Positions 28,098-37,891 are shown, counted from the stretch's first letter. The stretch: 39,793 nt of DNA from Elusimicrobiota bacterium (GCA_043826435.1 JBDRQF010000004.1:1-39793); one strand, 5' to 3'. Notes: a model not told the origin generated them from the sequence alone. Translations and numbers: made by a program.

Positions 28098-28934
28098 ATG
28101 AGGTTGCACCCACACCTTTTAATAGCGATTGACATAGGGAACACATCCATAACGGCAGGCCTTTTCAAAGGTAGCAAGCTCGTAAGTAAGCGCAATATCC
28201 CGACTCAGCCGCACGGAAGTGAAAAAAAATATTACGCGCAACTGCGGCGACTTTTGTCTGCCGGGTCATACGGTTCCGGAAAAAAACCGGAGATTTCGGA
28301 CGTTGTGATTTCAAGCGTCGTACCCTCACTCAACAAAAAATTCATCTCAATCAGTAAAAGATATTTCAAAAAAGCGCCACTCTTCATTGATAATAAGAAC
28401 TGCGGCATCAGGATCCGTTATAAGAGGCCGTCAGAGGTCGGCGCGGACCGGCTCGTAAATGCAGTTGCCGGCTGGGAACTTTTCGGAAGGGGGGATAAAG
28501 CCCGGGCGCTCCCGATGATAATAATTGACTCCGGGACAGCAGTAACGTTTGACTGCCTGAATTCAAAGGGTGAATATTTAGGCGGCGTTATTTTCCCCGG
28601 GAAGAGAATTGCCTCTCTCTCCCTGAACAAATACACGGCGAAACTCCCGCTCGTCCGGATAACCGAAAGCAAAAAATCATATCCCCCTGTAATCGGCAGG
28701 ACAACCGCAGGGAGTATAGCCGCGGGTCTCCACTTCGGTTATACCGGTATGATAAAAGAAATCCTTGGGGCCTTGAAAAAAAAATTAAAAAATGCTATTG
28801 TAGTAGTAACCGGCGGCTATGCTAAATCCGTAATCTCCGGTATCCCGGATGTAAAAAATGTGGCCCCTGACTTGACGCTCCGGGGGTTGTGGATTATCCG
28901 GGAAAGAAATAAAAAGGGAGGTAAACACAAATGA
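28098..28934 (+). CDS. coaX: Type III pantothenate kinase
   Basis: IDIGNT, ISSVVP, VGADR, IDSGTA.TFD, GGVIFPG and TGG. Confidence 0.95.
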   Translation: MRLHPHLLIAIDIGNTSITAGLFKGSKLVSKRNIPTQPHGSEKKYYAQLRRLLSAGSYGSGKKPEISDVVISSVVPSLNKKFISISKRYFKKAPLFIDNKNCGIRIRYKRPSEVGADRLVNAVAGWELFGRGDKARALPMIIIDSGTAVTFDCLNSKGEYLGGVIFPGKRIASLSLNKYTAKLPLVRITESKKSYPPVIGRTTAGSIAAGLHFGYTGMIKEILGALKKKLKNAIVVVTGGYAKSVISGIPDVKNVAPDLTLRGLWIIRERNKKGGKHK

Positions 28935-29680
28935 AGTTGAGAAAATGTCTGGTTTTATGTCTTGCGTTTGCATTGCAGGTGGGGGTCACGGCGACGTCTT
29001 CCGCTCTCACCGTGGAAGAACTCCTCAAAGAGATGAAGAACTATGCGGAGAATAAATACTTGAACCCGCTTGCAAAGGACTTGGGCGGTGCGCTTGGCAG
29101 CGGCGTTTATCACTCAGGGAAAAACCTCGGTTTTCCCGGGTTTGACGTCGGCGTCCGCATGTCTTTAAAAAATACAAGCAAGGATAATATCGTAATACAA
29201 TCCACTGCAATCCCGGTAATACCCCTTGCTTTGATTCAGGCGGAAATAGGCCTCCCGAAAAAGATTGATTTATTTGTCAGGGCTCTCCCTACAAGCGACA
29301 TTTCCGTCCTGGGCGGCGGCATAAGATACACCATCTTTTCAATCGGGCCTGCGGGCATTTCGGGCATGGTAAGTTACAACACGGCAAACTTCTACCAGTA
29401 TATAGAGGCGACAAATTACGGCGTAAACATTTCCGCCTCCGTTGAGATACCTTTTATAAAACCGTACATAGGTATCGGTTACGACATCAATGAGGTCAAA
29501 CCTGGCAGCAAAGCCCTGCAGGAAGAACCGCTTCTTGCGGGACTGAAGGGTACCCACTCCGGCACCCGTATGGAGGCGGGGATAAACATCACGCCTTTCC
29601 CGTTCGTATATCTCTATGGAAGTTATTCAATCGTGTATGAGGATACGGGATATACCCTTGGACTCGGGATAAAGTTCTAA
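28931..29680 (+). CDS. Exported, probably outer-membrane beta-barrel protein (DUF6588-like)
   Basis: Signal peptide, amphipathic strands and C-terminal beta-signal YTLGLGIKF. Confidence 0.65.
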   Translation: MKLRKCLVLCLAFALQVGVTATSSALTVEELLKEMKNYAENKYLNPLAKDLGGALGSGVYHSGKNLGFPGFDVGVRMSLKNTSKDNIVIQSTAIPVIPLALIQAEIGLPKKIDLFVRALPTSDISVLGGGIRYTIFSIGPAGISGMVSYNTANFYQYIEATNYGVNISASVEIPFIKPYIGIGYDINEVKPGSKALQEEPLLAGLKGTHSGTRMEAGINITPFPFVYLYGSYSIVYEDTGYTLGLGIKF

Positions 29681-29734
29681 CACCATGTGCAATATTTAAC
29701 ATAGGTCTGTTCCAATATACCTACGATGTTGCAC
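29679..29734. repeat. Intact copy of the second palindromic repeat
   Basis: Stem-loop GTGCAATAT..TAGGT....ACCTA..ATGTTGCAC, similar to 27901-27944. Confidence 0.7.
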
Positions 29735-29749
29735 TAAAACCCACTCACA

Positions 29750-30973
29750 ATGTCTTTTGAACTCTTCGTTGCCTACCGGTATTTAACCGGAAGACGGAAA
29801 GGCCTCTTTTATTTAATCACCACGGGAATAGGTATAGCCGGCATCTCCCTGGGCGTCGCTGCCCTCATAATTACGCTTGCCGTAATGAATGGCTTCCACA
29901 CCGAAATACAGAAAAGAATCCTCGGGTTGCAGAGCCATGTAGTCCTGACACACCGCTCATCCCCCCTGTTCGACGGTCATGAAAAACTCTCTGCCAGGAT
30001 TGAAAAGATGCAGGGCGTGTCCGCTGCATCACCCTTTGTTTACGGCCAGGTAATTTTAAGAAAAGAGGGTGCAAGCACAGGGGCGGTCGTAAAGGGAATT
30101 GACTACCTTAAAGAAAGGAAGGTATCAAGCATAGACGAATACCTCGCGACCGGCAACTGGCTGGATATCAACGACAACGGAATTCTGTTAGGCAAGATAC
30201 TGGCAAAAACCCTCGGCGCCCGCACGGGGGATAAAGTCATGCTTGTTTCAATCAATGAAAATGCTTCTCCTTTCGCTGCGATGACTGCCATACCGAAAGT
30301 CGTCATGCTGCCGGTGGCAGGCACGTTTGATTCCGGCATGTATGAATACGACGCAAACATGGGTTTTATATCACTGAAAAAGGCGCAGGAAATATTCGGG
30401 TCCGGCGACAAGGTTTCAGGCATAGGCATACGGGTGGCGAAACCCGGACTTGCAGGAGATATTTCCGGAAACATATCAAAACAATTAGACGGGAACTACG
30501 TCGCCAGTTCATGGCAGGTAATGAACAGGGCTCTTTTTTCCGCCCTCAAACTTGAAAAACTGATGATGTTCATAGTTGTAACCCTGATAGTTCTTGTTGC
30601 GTCATTCAACATTGTCTCAAACCTCCTCCTGTTCTGTATTGAAAAAATAAAGGACATAGGGATACTTACCGCTCTCGGCGCCACAAGAAAAAACATCCGG
30701 AAAATATTTCTTTTTGAAGGCATTATGATGGGGCTTGTCGGGATTCTGCTCGGCAGCGGCCTGGGCGTATTGATATCCGTCCTGCTGGACAAATACCGGG
30801 TTATCCGGCTGCCGGCTGACGTTTATTATCTGGACCGTCTCCCGGTCAGGGTCGCAATCGCCGATGTAACCGTTGTGGTTTTGTCTGCCTTTATAATAGT
30901 GCTGGTTTCAACGTTTTATCCCGCAAAAAAGGCAGCGGAGACCGACCCCCTGGAAGCCATAAGGTACGGATAA
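29750..30973 (+). CDS. lolE: Lipoprotein-releasing ABC permease (LolC/E family)
   Basis: FVAYRYL, LGVAALIITLAVMNGF, SGMYEYD, VASFNI, EKIKDIGIL and YPAKKAA. Confidence 0.92.
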   Translation: MSFELFVAYRYLTGRRKGLFYLITTGIGIAGISLGVAALIITLAVMNGFHTEIQKRILGLQSHVVLTHRSSPLFDGHEKLSARIEKMQGVSAASPFVYGQVILRKEGASTGAVVKGIDYLKERKVSSIDEYLATGNWLDINDNGILLGKILAKTLGARTGDKVMLVSINENASPFAAMTAIPKVVMLPVAGTFDSGMYEYDANMGFISLKKAQEIFGSGDKVSGIGIRVAKPGLAGDISGNISKQLDGNYVASSWQVMNRALFSALKLEKLMMFIVVTLIVLVASFNIVSNLLLFCIEKIKDIGILTALGATRKNIRKIFLFEGIMMGLVGILLGSGLGVLISVLLDKYRVIRLPADVYYLDRLPVRVAIADVTVVVLSAFIIVLVSTFYPAKKAAETDPLEAIRYG

Positions 30974-31034
30974 GTAGGACTGAACGCTCGGTGCGAAAAA
31001 CAAGTGTCCGCGAAAAACATAGACGCACTAAAAC

Positions 31035-31709
31035 ATGAACGAGTTGATTAAATTACACGACCTGCATAAATCATTTTTTGTCAGAGATGTGGCGATTAAG
31101 GCAGTTGACAGTATAACCCTGACGATAAAAAAGGGGGAAATCCTCGCTCTAACGGGGCCGTCAGGCGCGGGCAAGTCCACGCTCCTGCACCTAATCGGCC
31201 TTATGGACAGGCCCACCTCCGGGGAAATTTTCTTCAACGGGGAGAACACAGCCGGCATGCCTGAAAACAAAAGATGTTCCCTGCGTAACCAGCACATAGG
31301 TTTTATATTTCAATTTCACCACCTTTTGCCTGAATTCACGGCGCTTGAAAATGTCATTCTGCCCGGGATAATCGGCGGGGGTAAAATGGAACGGCTCCTG
31401 CCCGTTGCAAACAAAATTTTAAGAGAGGTCGGGATGTCGCAAAGGACAGACCACCTGCCGTCACAGTTATCCGGCGGGGAGCAGCAGCGGGTCGCCGTTG
31501 CAAGGGCGCTGATGAATGAACCCGAAATCCTTCTGGCCGACGAACCCACGGGCAACCTTGACCATGAAACAGGCGAGACCATAACGGGAATGTTAACCGA
31601 GATAGTCAGGACCAGGAAAATGACGCTTGTCCTGGTTACCCACAACAAGGAACTTGAAAGGTTTTCCGACAGGACGGCCCGCCTGCTGGACGGCAAAATC
31701 GTAGAATAA
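31035..31709 (+). CDS. lolD: Lipoprotein-releasing ABC ATPase
   Basis: [34 protein letters not shown] and ADEPTGNLD. Confidence 0.95.
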   Translation: MNELIKLHDLHKSFFVRDVAIKAVDSITLTIKKGEILALTGPSGAGKSTLLHLIGLMDRPTSGEIFFNGENTAGMPENKRCSLRNQHIGFIFQFHHLLPEFTALENVILPGIIGGGKMERLLPVANKILREVGMSQRTDHLPSQLSGGEQQRVAVARALMNEPEILLADEPTGNLDHETGETITGMLTEIVRTRKMTLVLVTHNKELERFSDRTARLLDGKIVE

Positions 31710-31718
31710 TTCAAGCGG

Positions 31719-31734
31719 TGTGATTTTAATCACA
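31719..31734. promoter_or_regulatory. CRP-type binding site
   Basis: G-TGTGA-TTTTAA-TCACA-C, a perfect intergenic match 5 bp upstream of a -35 hexamer. Confidence 0.75.
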
Positions 31735-31739
31735 CTCTA

Positions 31740-31769
31740 TTGACAAACGTAATAACATTTATGTATAAT
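31740..31769 (+). promoter_or_regulatory. Consensus sigma70 promoter of the envelope operon
   Basis: TTGACA-18nt-TATAAT. Confidence 0.75.
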
Positions 31770-31828
31770 GATCGAAGGTTGGGTAAAACCCTGAATAAAA
31801 GAACTGTACCAAAGAGGAGGGTAAAAAT

Positions 31829-32281
31829 ATGGGAAGGAATTTATGGTTGGCTGTTTTTGTTGGTTTTGTTTTTCTTGTTTCAGCATGCGGCGGAAGATCA
31901 GGCAAGGTCATTCAAAAGGGTGAGATTTCCAGAGAGATTGACCAGAAAATGGTTGAAGGGGATTACGTCCAGTCCATGGGGATCGGGGCTGCCGACCAAT
32001 CAATTGACAACAAGACGCAGCGGATGGCGACTTCCAGGAATGCAGCTATCGTGATGGCGCAGTACGAAATGCTTTCCTTCATCAAGGGATTGAAACTTGA
32101 AGGCGGAATCACCGTGGAAAAGGCAATAGAGACCGACTCTGTCATAGCCACAAAGATTGACGCTGAAATCAAGGGCTCCGAGATTACAAAGACAAGTTGG
32201 ACCAATGACGACGGCTGTATCGTGAACATGCGTCTCCCCAAAAAGCGCCTTAAAGCAATGGGACTGAAACTCGTTGAGTAA
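31829..32281 (+). CDS. LPP20/FlgP-like lipoprotein
   Basis: Lipobox LVSAC; GIGA...RMATSRNAAIVMAQYEMLSFIKGLKLEGGITV...IDAEIKG pattern; GAGGAGG RBS. Confidence 0.75.
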   Translation: MGRNLWLAVFVGFVFLVSACGGRSGKVIQKGEISREIDQKMVEGDYVQSMGIGAADQSIDNKTQRMATSRNAAIVMAQYEMLSFIKGLKLEGGITVEKAIETDSVIATKIDAEIKGSEITKTSWTNDDGCIVNMRLPKKRLKAMGLKLVE

Positions 32282-32458
32282 TTTTGGATATTCGCGGCAT
32301 CCTGCATAGCCGGTGGACTGCATAAGCAAAAAACCTGCATATCACGTGCAATGATTGTACCGCTCGTAGCACTTGTACCACCCCGGTGTGTATGTCTGTA
32401 TAAGATAGGTTTTTCAGCGTGAACCGGTAGTGAACCGGTATAAAAGAGGACATTTGAG

Positions 32459-33772
32459 ATGAAGATAAAAGTAACTTTGCCCCTTCTGGTTGTATCAGTT
32501 TTAACCGTGGCCGCATTGTGCCCGGCCGGCATTTTAGCCAGGCAGGACCCTTATGACGTCCTGGTAAAAGAACTCGCCGATACTACGGTATTTACCAAAC
32601 AACCCAAGGTCGCCATAATGCCGTTTAACTACCTGGACAAAAGGAAGTCCGACGGCGGGATTATCATATCAGAACGGCTTACGACCAGGGTGGTCAAACT
32701 CAAAAAATTCCAGGTTATTGAAAGGCAACTCCTTGAAAAGGTTATACAGGAACTGCACCTTGAATCCACGGGGGTAATTGACGTTGAAACCACAAAACAA
32801 CTGGGGAAAGTGCTCGGCGTTGAGGCAATTATTACAGGCACGCTTATGGACATCCAGGACAACAAGGTTGAAATAAACGCCCGCCTGATAAAAACCGACA
32901 CAGCCGAGGTTTTGACAACTTCCGCCGTAGAAGTTGAAAAGGTCTGGCGGGATGCTTTCGTGCCTGTACAGGGACAGCCGCAGGCGCCTTACCAGCCGTC
33001 GCGCGAACAGGAACAGTACAGGCAACAGTATAGGCCGGTGACAGCCCCTCCGCCTTCCCGTGCTTATACACCCGCCTTTGACGGTTTCTTTGACATATTC
33101 TTCGGTCAAAGCAGCGGCAGGATGTCTCTTGTATTCAAAAACAACACATATCAAATAGATGAAGTTGATCTGTCGCTTGACTTCAACGGCTCAGGAACAT
33201 TACAAAGCGATGTTTACTACAAAAAAATAGCCTTCCCGGAAATGGAGACAGAAAGCAGTATGCCTTTCGGAATCCGTTTTGGCATGTTTGGAAAAAACCT
33301 TGGTTTTGACTTTGAAATGTCCTATGTCTCATGGTACCTGAAGAAACAGAAAACCACTGTTACATATAACGATTTGTATAAATACAATTTCAGCTTTTTT
33401 AATGATAACTACATAAAAGCGAGTATGTTTAACATGTCATTGGATCTGCTGTTAAGGTTCAGCGACAAAACAATACAACCGTATGTAGGACTCGGGGTCG
33501 GAATCGCCTTCAATAATGTGCGGTCAGATTATATATACTACTATTATAACAAGGTGTACAAGAAAGGGCTGAACGAGACAGCCCTTGGGTTTGTATTCAA
33601 AATGCCTGTGGGCATACGGCTCCAGATTGACAAAACATCGTCAATCTTTTTTGAATACCGTTCATGCTCCAATACTTTCACCTTTGACAGAGGCATTAAA
33701 TACGAGGTAGATACCATAAACATGAATATGTCGCAGTACCTGATGGGCCTCGGAGTACATTTTGGGGCATAA
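32459..33772 (+). CDS. FlgO/CsgG-like alpha-beta domain fused to a C-terminal outer-membrane beta-barrel
   Basis: Signal peptide; KVAIMPF, FQVIERQLLEKVIQE, LGKVLGVEAIITGT and INARLIKTDTAEV; Q/P linker; barrel-like PYVGLGVG and YLMGLGVHF. Confidence 0.75.
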   Translation: MKIKVTLPLLVVSVLTVAALCPAGILARQDPYDVLVKELADTTVFTKQPKVAIMPFNYLDKRKSDGGIIISERLTTRVVKLKKFQVIERQLLEKVIQELHLESTGVIDVETTKQLGKVLGVEAIITGTLMDIQDNKVEINARLIKTDTAEVLTTSAVEVEKVWRDAFVPVQGQPQAPYQPSREQEQYRQQYRPVTAPPPSRAYTPAFDGFFDIFFGQSSGRMSLVFKNNTYQIDEVDLSLDFNGSGTLQSDVYYKKIAFPEMETESSMPFGIRFGMFGKNLGFDFEMSYVSWYLKKQKTTVTYNDLYKYNFSFFNDNYIKASMFNMSLDLLLRFSDKTIQPYVGLGVGIAFNNVRSDYIYYYYNKVYKKGLNETALGFVFKMPVGIRLQIDKTSSIFFEYRSCSNTFTFDRGIKYEVDTINMNMSQYLMGLGVHFGA

Positions 33773-33802
33773 TGCCGTGGGGTCATCCGGTTATAGAACA
33801 AA

Positions 33803-34927
33803 ATGAAAAAGTTCGTCGCATTGTGTTTGCTTTCCGCATCACTTATCGGATGCTCCTCAACGGGCAGCGTCAAAAAATCCACCATAAGCCCGGAGTATGT
33901 AGTTGAGATTGTGGAAGCGGAAGGGCTCGCACCTCTTTCCTCCGATCTTGTCCAGTGCAGGAACATAGCGATTGCCGATGCCCAGAAAAGGGCGCTTGAA
34001 CTTGTCGTCGGAGTTTATGTTTCAGCGGAGAATTTCGTATCTAAGGCGCAGCTCATAGAAGACAACATAACCGGGGAAACAGAGGGCTACATTGAAAGAT
34101 ACGACATCCTCAAGGAGTGGAAGGACGAACCGAACTTCTACAGGGTAAAAATAAAAGCAGCGGTAAGGAAGGAAGACCTTGTGAAAAAACTTGAATCCCT
34201 TATACCGCAGGAACAAAAGACGCCGAGGGTAGCGTTCTGGGTAAGGGAAAAGGTTGACGGCCAGCCGTCAACCGCACAGATAGCGGAAAAGGAACTTTCA
34301 GCGATATTCCTTGCCGCAAAATTTACAATCTCCGACAAAAAGCCCGCGGAGTATTTCAGTTCAACCGAAGGGTTGCTTGAAACGAACCAGGAAGAACTGG
34401 AAAACAAACTCCAGAGCGACCTTGTCGTAATGGGGGAAGCATCCAGTAGTTTTAACACTGACCAGGGGCTTGGCGGGTTCGTATCTTACCGTTCGTTTGT
34501 GTCACTCAAGGTGTTCAAAACATCAACGAAGGACATAATCGCCACAATCCAGGACGCAGCCGCGGGGCTTGACTTAAACAGGGAAAATGCAGGGAAAGTC
34601 GCCATATCAAACGTTATAAAAAAGGCGGGGAAGGGCCTGCCTGACAATATCCTCCAGTACATAAAAGACCACCCATACTCCGTAATACAGGTAAAAGGTG
34701 CGGAAAACCTGAACGAGGTCAACTCCCTGACAAGGAGAATCAGGGCGCTCCCATCCGTGAGGGACTGCTGGGTAAAGTCATTTTCGGGCAACCTTGCAAT
34801 GATTGAATTCACCATGAAAAGGGGTAGCGTAAACGAGGTGGCGAGGCAGATAGAACTCGTGAAAATGCCCTACAAGGTGGTAAACGTTGACGCATACAGC
34901 ATATCGCTGGAAAAGGCAAAAGAATGA
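33803..34927 (+). CDS. Lipoprotein with an FlgT N-terminal-like domain
   Basis: Lipobox LIGC; VEAEG.A...RNIAIADAQKRALELVVGVYV...EGYIERYDILKE...YRVKIKA.V. Confidence 0.72.
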   Translation: MKKFVALCLLSASLIGCSSTGSVKKSTISPEYVVEIVEAEGLAPLSSDLVQCRNIAIADAQKRALELVVGVYVSAENFVSKAQLIEDNITGETEGYIERYDILKEWKDEPNFYRVKIKAAVRKEDLVKKLESLIPQEQKTPRVAFWVREKVDGQPSTAQIAEKELSAIFLAAKFTISDKKPAEYFSSTEGLLETNQEELENKLQSDLVVMGEASSSFNTDQGLGGFVSYRSFVSLKVFKTSTKDIIATIQDAAAGLDLNRENAGKVAISNVIKKAGKGLPDNILQYIKDHPYSVIQVKGAENLNEVNSLTRRIRALPSVRDCWVKSFSGNLAMIEFTMKRGSVNEVARQIELVKMPYKVVNVDAYSISLEKAKE

Positions 34928-35841
34928 ATCCAAACAAGGCAATGAAATTTTCCGGGCTGCTCAAATTATTTTGTATCGTTCTTTCAATAGTATCCGGGAC
35001 GATTTTCATTAAACCCGTTTCGGGTGAAAAAGCATCGCCGTACCCGTCGGCCAAGAAATATTATACCGCCTGTATATATAAATCCTCGGGCAGGGTTGAA
35101 GTGTATGATACAACCTCAAAAACGTGGATGGCTGCCACCAAATACATGCCTATTGAGCAGGGTAACAGGGTAAAGACGTTCAAGGGCGCCTCCTGCGACG
35201 TGGTAATGAACGACGGCTCAACGCTCCGCATCAGCGAAAATACGGATGTTGACTTCTCCGTCCTGTCTTATAAAAACAAAAAACAAAAATATAAAATCAA
35301 CATCACAGCAGGCAAAATACTCGGCCTCCTTGGGAAAATCCAGACAAGCGGCTCATACATAAAACTTAAAACGCCCACCGCCGTGATGGCTGTCCGGGGA
35401 ACTGATTTTTCAATCGTGGTATCTTCAGAAAAAACGAACGTCGGACTTTTTGAAGGCGCACTGGCCGTGAAACCCGCAGACGAAGACGAAACAGAAAGCG
35501 AAACCGGGGAAGACGCGCAGGAACCGGTACCACAAATGGATGTATCAACGCAGCCGGCCCCGGTAAAACAGGAAGAAATACCCGGTAACGAGGTACTGCT
35601 TGAACCCGGTAAGGAAGTGGTGGTAGAACGCGGCCATCCTCCCCTAGTTGAGGAACGGCTTTCAAGGTTTATGGAAAAAGAAAAGGAAAGATGGCTGGCT
35701 GTCCGGGAATACGTTGAAGGAATCCGCAAGCGGCTCCAGGAAAGGGAGTCATACCTGCAGGAACGCATCCAGAGTCAGAAATCCTCCCTTGAAAAGTGGG
35801 AACAACGGAGACAGGAAAAACTCAGGAAAGAAAAACCCTGA
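34924..35841 (+). CDS. FecR-domain exported protein with an acidic linker and C-terminal coiled coil
   Basis: DGSTLRISENT, TPTAVMAVRGTDF and GLFEG.L; ATGA overlap with the upstream gene. Confidence 0.85.
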   Translation: MNPNKAMKFSGLLKLFCIVLSIVSGTIFIKPVSGEKASPYPSAKKYYTACIYKSSGRVEVYDTTSKTWMAATKYMPIEQGNRVKTFKGASCDVVMNDGSTLRISENTDVDFSVLSYKNKKQKYKINITAGKILGLLGKIQTSGSYIKLKTPTAVMAVRGTDFSIVVSSEKTNVGLFEGALAVKPADEDETESETGEDAQEPVPQMDVSTQPAPVKQEEIPGNEVLLEPGKEVVVERGHPPLVEERLSRFMEKEKERWLAVREYVEGIRKRLQERESYLQERIQSQKSSLEKWEQRRQEKLRKEKP

Positions 35842-35864
35842 TAACAAATTTTTAACCTCGCCTC

Positions 35865-35893
35865 TTGACAAATTTTAATAGTTATGCTATAAT
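35865..35893 (+). promoter_or_regulatory. groESL sigma70 promoter
   Basis: TTGACA-17nt-TATAAT with a TGn extension. Confidence 0.9.
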
Positions 35894-35919
35894 TAGCAGT
35901 CAGATGGTTTAACTGCTAA
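35893..35919. promoter_or_regulatory. CIRCE-like HrcA operator (variant)
   Basis: TTAGCAGTC-N9-AACTGCTAA versus the consensus TTAGCACTC-N9-GAGTGCTAA, located over the expected start site. Confidence 0.85.
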
Positions 35920-35954
35920 AAATAAATTCCACAAAAACAAAGGAGGTGTTTTCT

Positions 35955-36251
35955 ATGAAGTTCAAACCACTCGGAGACAGGGCGCTTGTAAAGCCCGATG
36001 AGCAAAAAGAGGTGAAAAAGGGAGGTATTATCATTCCCGAAACGGTAAAGGAAAAACCGCAGGAAGGAGAAGTAATCGCGGTAGGACCGGGCAAGCTTGA
36101 CGAAAACGGCAAGAAGATTCCCATGGACGTAAAGGCCGGCGATAAGATACTTTACGGAAAGTATTCCGGCACGGAAATGAAGATAGACGACGTAGAGTAT
36201 CTCATAATGCACCAGGACGACATACTGGGCATAATTGAAGAAAAAAAATAA
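35955..36251 (+). CDS. groES: Co-chaperonin GroES
   Basis: KPLGDR, GGIIIP, KEKPQEG and GKYSGTE. AGGAGG RBS favours ATG 35955. Confidence 0.98.
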   Translation: MKFKPLGDRALVKPDEQKEVKKGGIIIPETVKEKPQEGEVIAVGPGKLDENGKKIPMDVKAGDKILYGKYSGTEMKIDDVEYLIMHQDDILGIIEEKK

Positions 36252-36271
36252 ATTTCAGGAGGAGAATAAAA

Positions 36272-37891
36272 ATGGCAAAACAACTTGTGTATGCTGACGA
36301 CGCCGTCAGGGCAATAAGGGCGGGGGTTGACAAACTCGCAAATGCAGTGAAGGTTACACTCGGACCCCGCGGCAGATACGTGGTACTTGAGAAAAAATTC
36401 GGTTCGCCGACAATCACGAACGACGGCGTAACCATAGCAAAAGACATTGAACTGGAAGACCCGAATGAAAACATCGGGGCGCAGTTGGTTCGTGAAGTCG
36501 CATCAAAAACAAATGACGTGGCAGGTGACGGCACAACGACTGCCTGCGTTCTCGCCCAGGGGTTCATAACCGAGGGGTTCCGCAATATCGCAGCAGGGGC
36601 AAACCCCATTCACATAAAAAACGGGATAGACAAGGCGGTAAAAGCGGTAGTTGATGAACTCAAAAAAACTGCAAAACAGGTAAAGACAAAAGACGAGACA
36701 GCCCAGATTGCAACGATTGCCGCAAACGACAAGGAGATCGGCAATTTAATCGCATCCGCGATGGAAAAGGTCGGCAAAGACGGCGTGATTACCGTTGAAG
36801 AGGGGAAATCCGCTGAAACGACCCTGGACGTCGTTGAAGGTATGCAGTTTGACCGCGGGCATAGCTCTCCTTATTTTATAACCGATGCGGAAAGAATGGA
36901 AACCGTCCTTGATGACCCTCTGATTATCATCACGGATAAGAAGGTCTCTGCAATGAACGAGCTCCTGCCTCTTCTTGAACAGATTGCACAGGGAGGGAAA
37001 TCCTTCCTGCTGATTTCCGAAGAAGTGGAAGGGGAAGCACTTGCAACCCTTGTCGTCAACAAACTCAGGGGAACGCTCAAATGCTGCGCAGTTAAGGCGC
37101 CCGGTTTCGGAGACAGGCGCAAGGAAATGCTCCAGGACATAGCCGTTTTAACGGGCGGACAGGTTATATCAGAGGAAGCGGGCATGAAACTTGACAAAGC
37201 GACAATTGATATGTGCGGCAAGGCAAAGAGGGTAGTCATTGACAAAGAAAACACAACAATTGTAGGCGGTCAGGGAAATAAAAAGGACATTGAAAAAAGA
37301 ATCGGACAAATTCGTAAACAGAAAGAGGAAACAAAATCCGATTACGACAAGGAAAAATTGGAGGAACGGCTCGCCAAACTCGTCGGCGGAGTCGCCGTAA
37401 TAAACGTGGGCGGCGCAACGGAAACCGCAATGAAAGCAAAAAAATTCAAGGTTGAAGATGCAAGGCACGCAACACGCGCCGGCGTTGAAGAGGGAATCGT
37501 CCCCGGCGGCGGAGTTGCACTGCTGCGGGCAATCAGCGTACTTGCAAAAATAAAAGGAGAAGACAGCGACGAGCAAACGGGCATAAACATTGTAAAAAAG
37601 GCACTTGAACAACCCATCAGGCAGATATCGGAAAATGCCGGTTTTGAGGGTTCAATCGTTATTGAAAAGATACTGGCGTCCAGTGATCCGAATTTCGGGT
37701 TGAATGCCGAAACGGGCGAATACACCGACCTTATTAAGGCGGGTGTAGTTGACCCTGTGAAGGTCACCCGTACCGCCCTTGAAAATGCTGCCTCAATATC
37801 GGGTTATCTTCTGACTACCGAAGTGCTAATATCCGAAATACCCGAGAAGAAAGGTCAACCCGGTATGCCTCAGATGCCTCCTGAATATTAA
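36272..37891 (+). CDS. groEL: Chaperonin GroEL
   Basis: [32 protein letters not shown] and GIVPGGG. Confidence 0.99.
   Translation: MAKQLVYADDAVRAIRAGVDKLANAVKVTLGPRGRYVVLEKKFGSPTITNDGVTIAKDIELEDPNENIGAQLVREVASKTNDVAGDGTTTACVLAQGFITEGFRNIAAGANPIHIKNGIDKAVKAVVDELKKTAKQVKTKDETAQIATIAANDKEIGNLIASAMEKVGKDGVITVEEGKSAETTLDVVEGMQFDRGHSSPYFITDAERMETVLDDPLIIITDKKVSAMNELLPLLEQIAQGGKSFLLISEEVEGEALATLVVNKLRGTLKCCAVKAPGFGDRRKEMLQDIAVLTGGQVISEEAGMKLDKATIDMCGKAKRVVIDKENTTIVGGQGNKKDIEKRIGQIRKQKEETKSDYDKEKLEERLAKLVGGVAVINVGGATETAMKAKKFKVEDARHATRAGVEEGIVPGGGVALLRAISVLAKIKGEDSDEQTGINIVKKALEQPIRQISENAGFEGSIVIEKILASSDPNFGLNAETGEYTDLIKAGVVDPVKVTRTALENAASISGYLLTTEVLISEIPEKKGQPGMPQMPPEY

Larger units (their letters stand above)
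27901..28109. repeat. Interrupted copy of a second palindromic repeat family
   Basis: 27901-27944 aligns with 29679-29722. The right arm GTTGCAC reappears at 28103-28109 after an insertion of about 145 bp. Confidence 0.6.

Noticed and set aside
31740..32532. Alternative ORFs 31740-32054 (+) and 31963-32532 (-)
   Set aside because: They overlap the lipoprotein gene, which has a lipobox and RBS; the first starts in the -35 hexamer.
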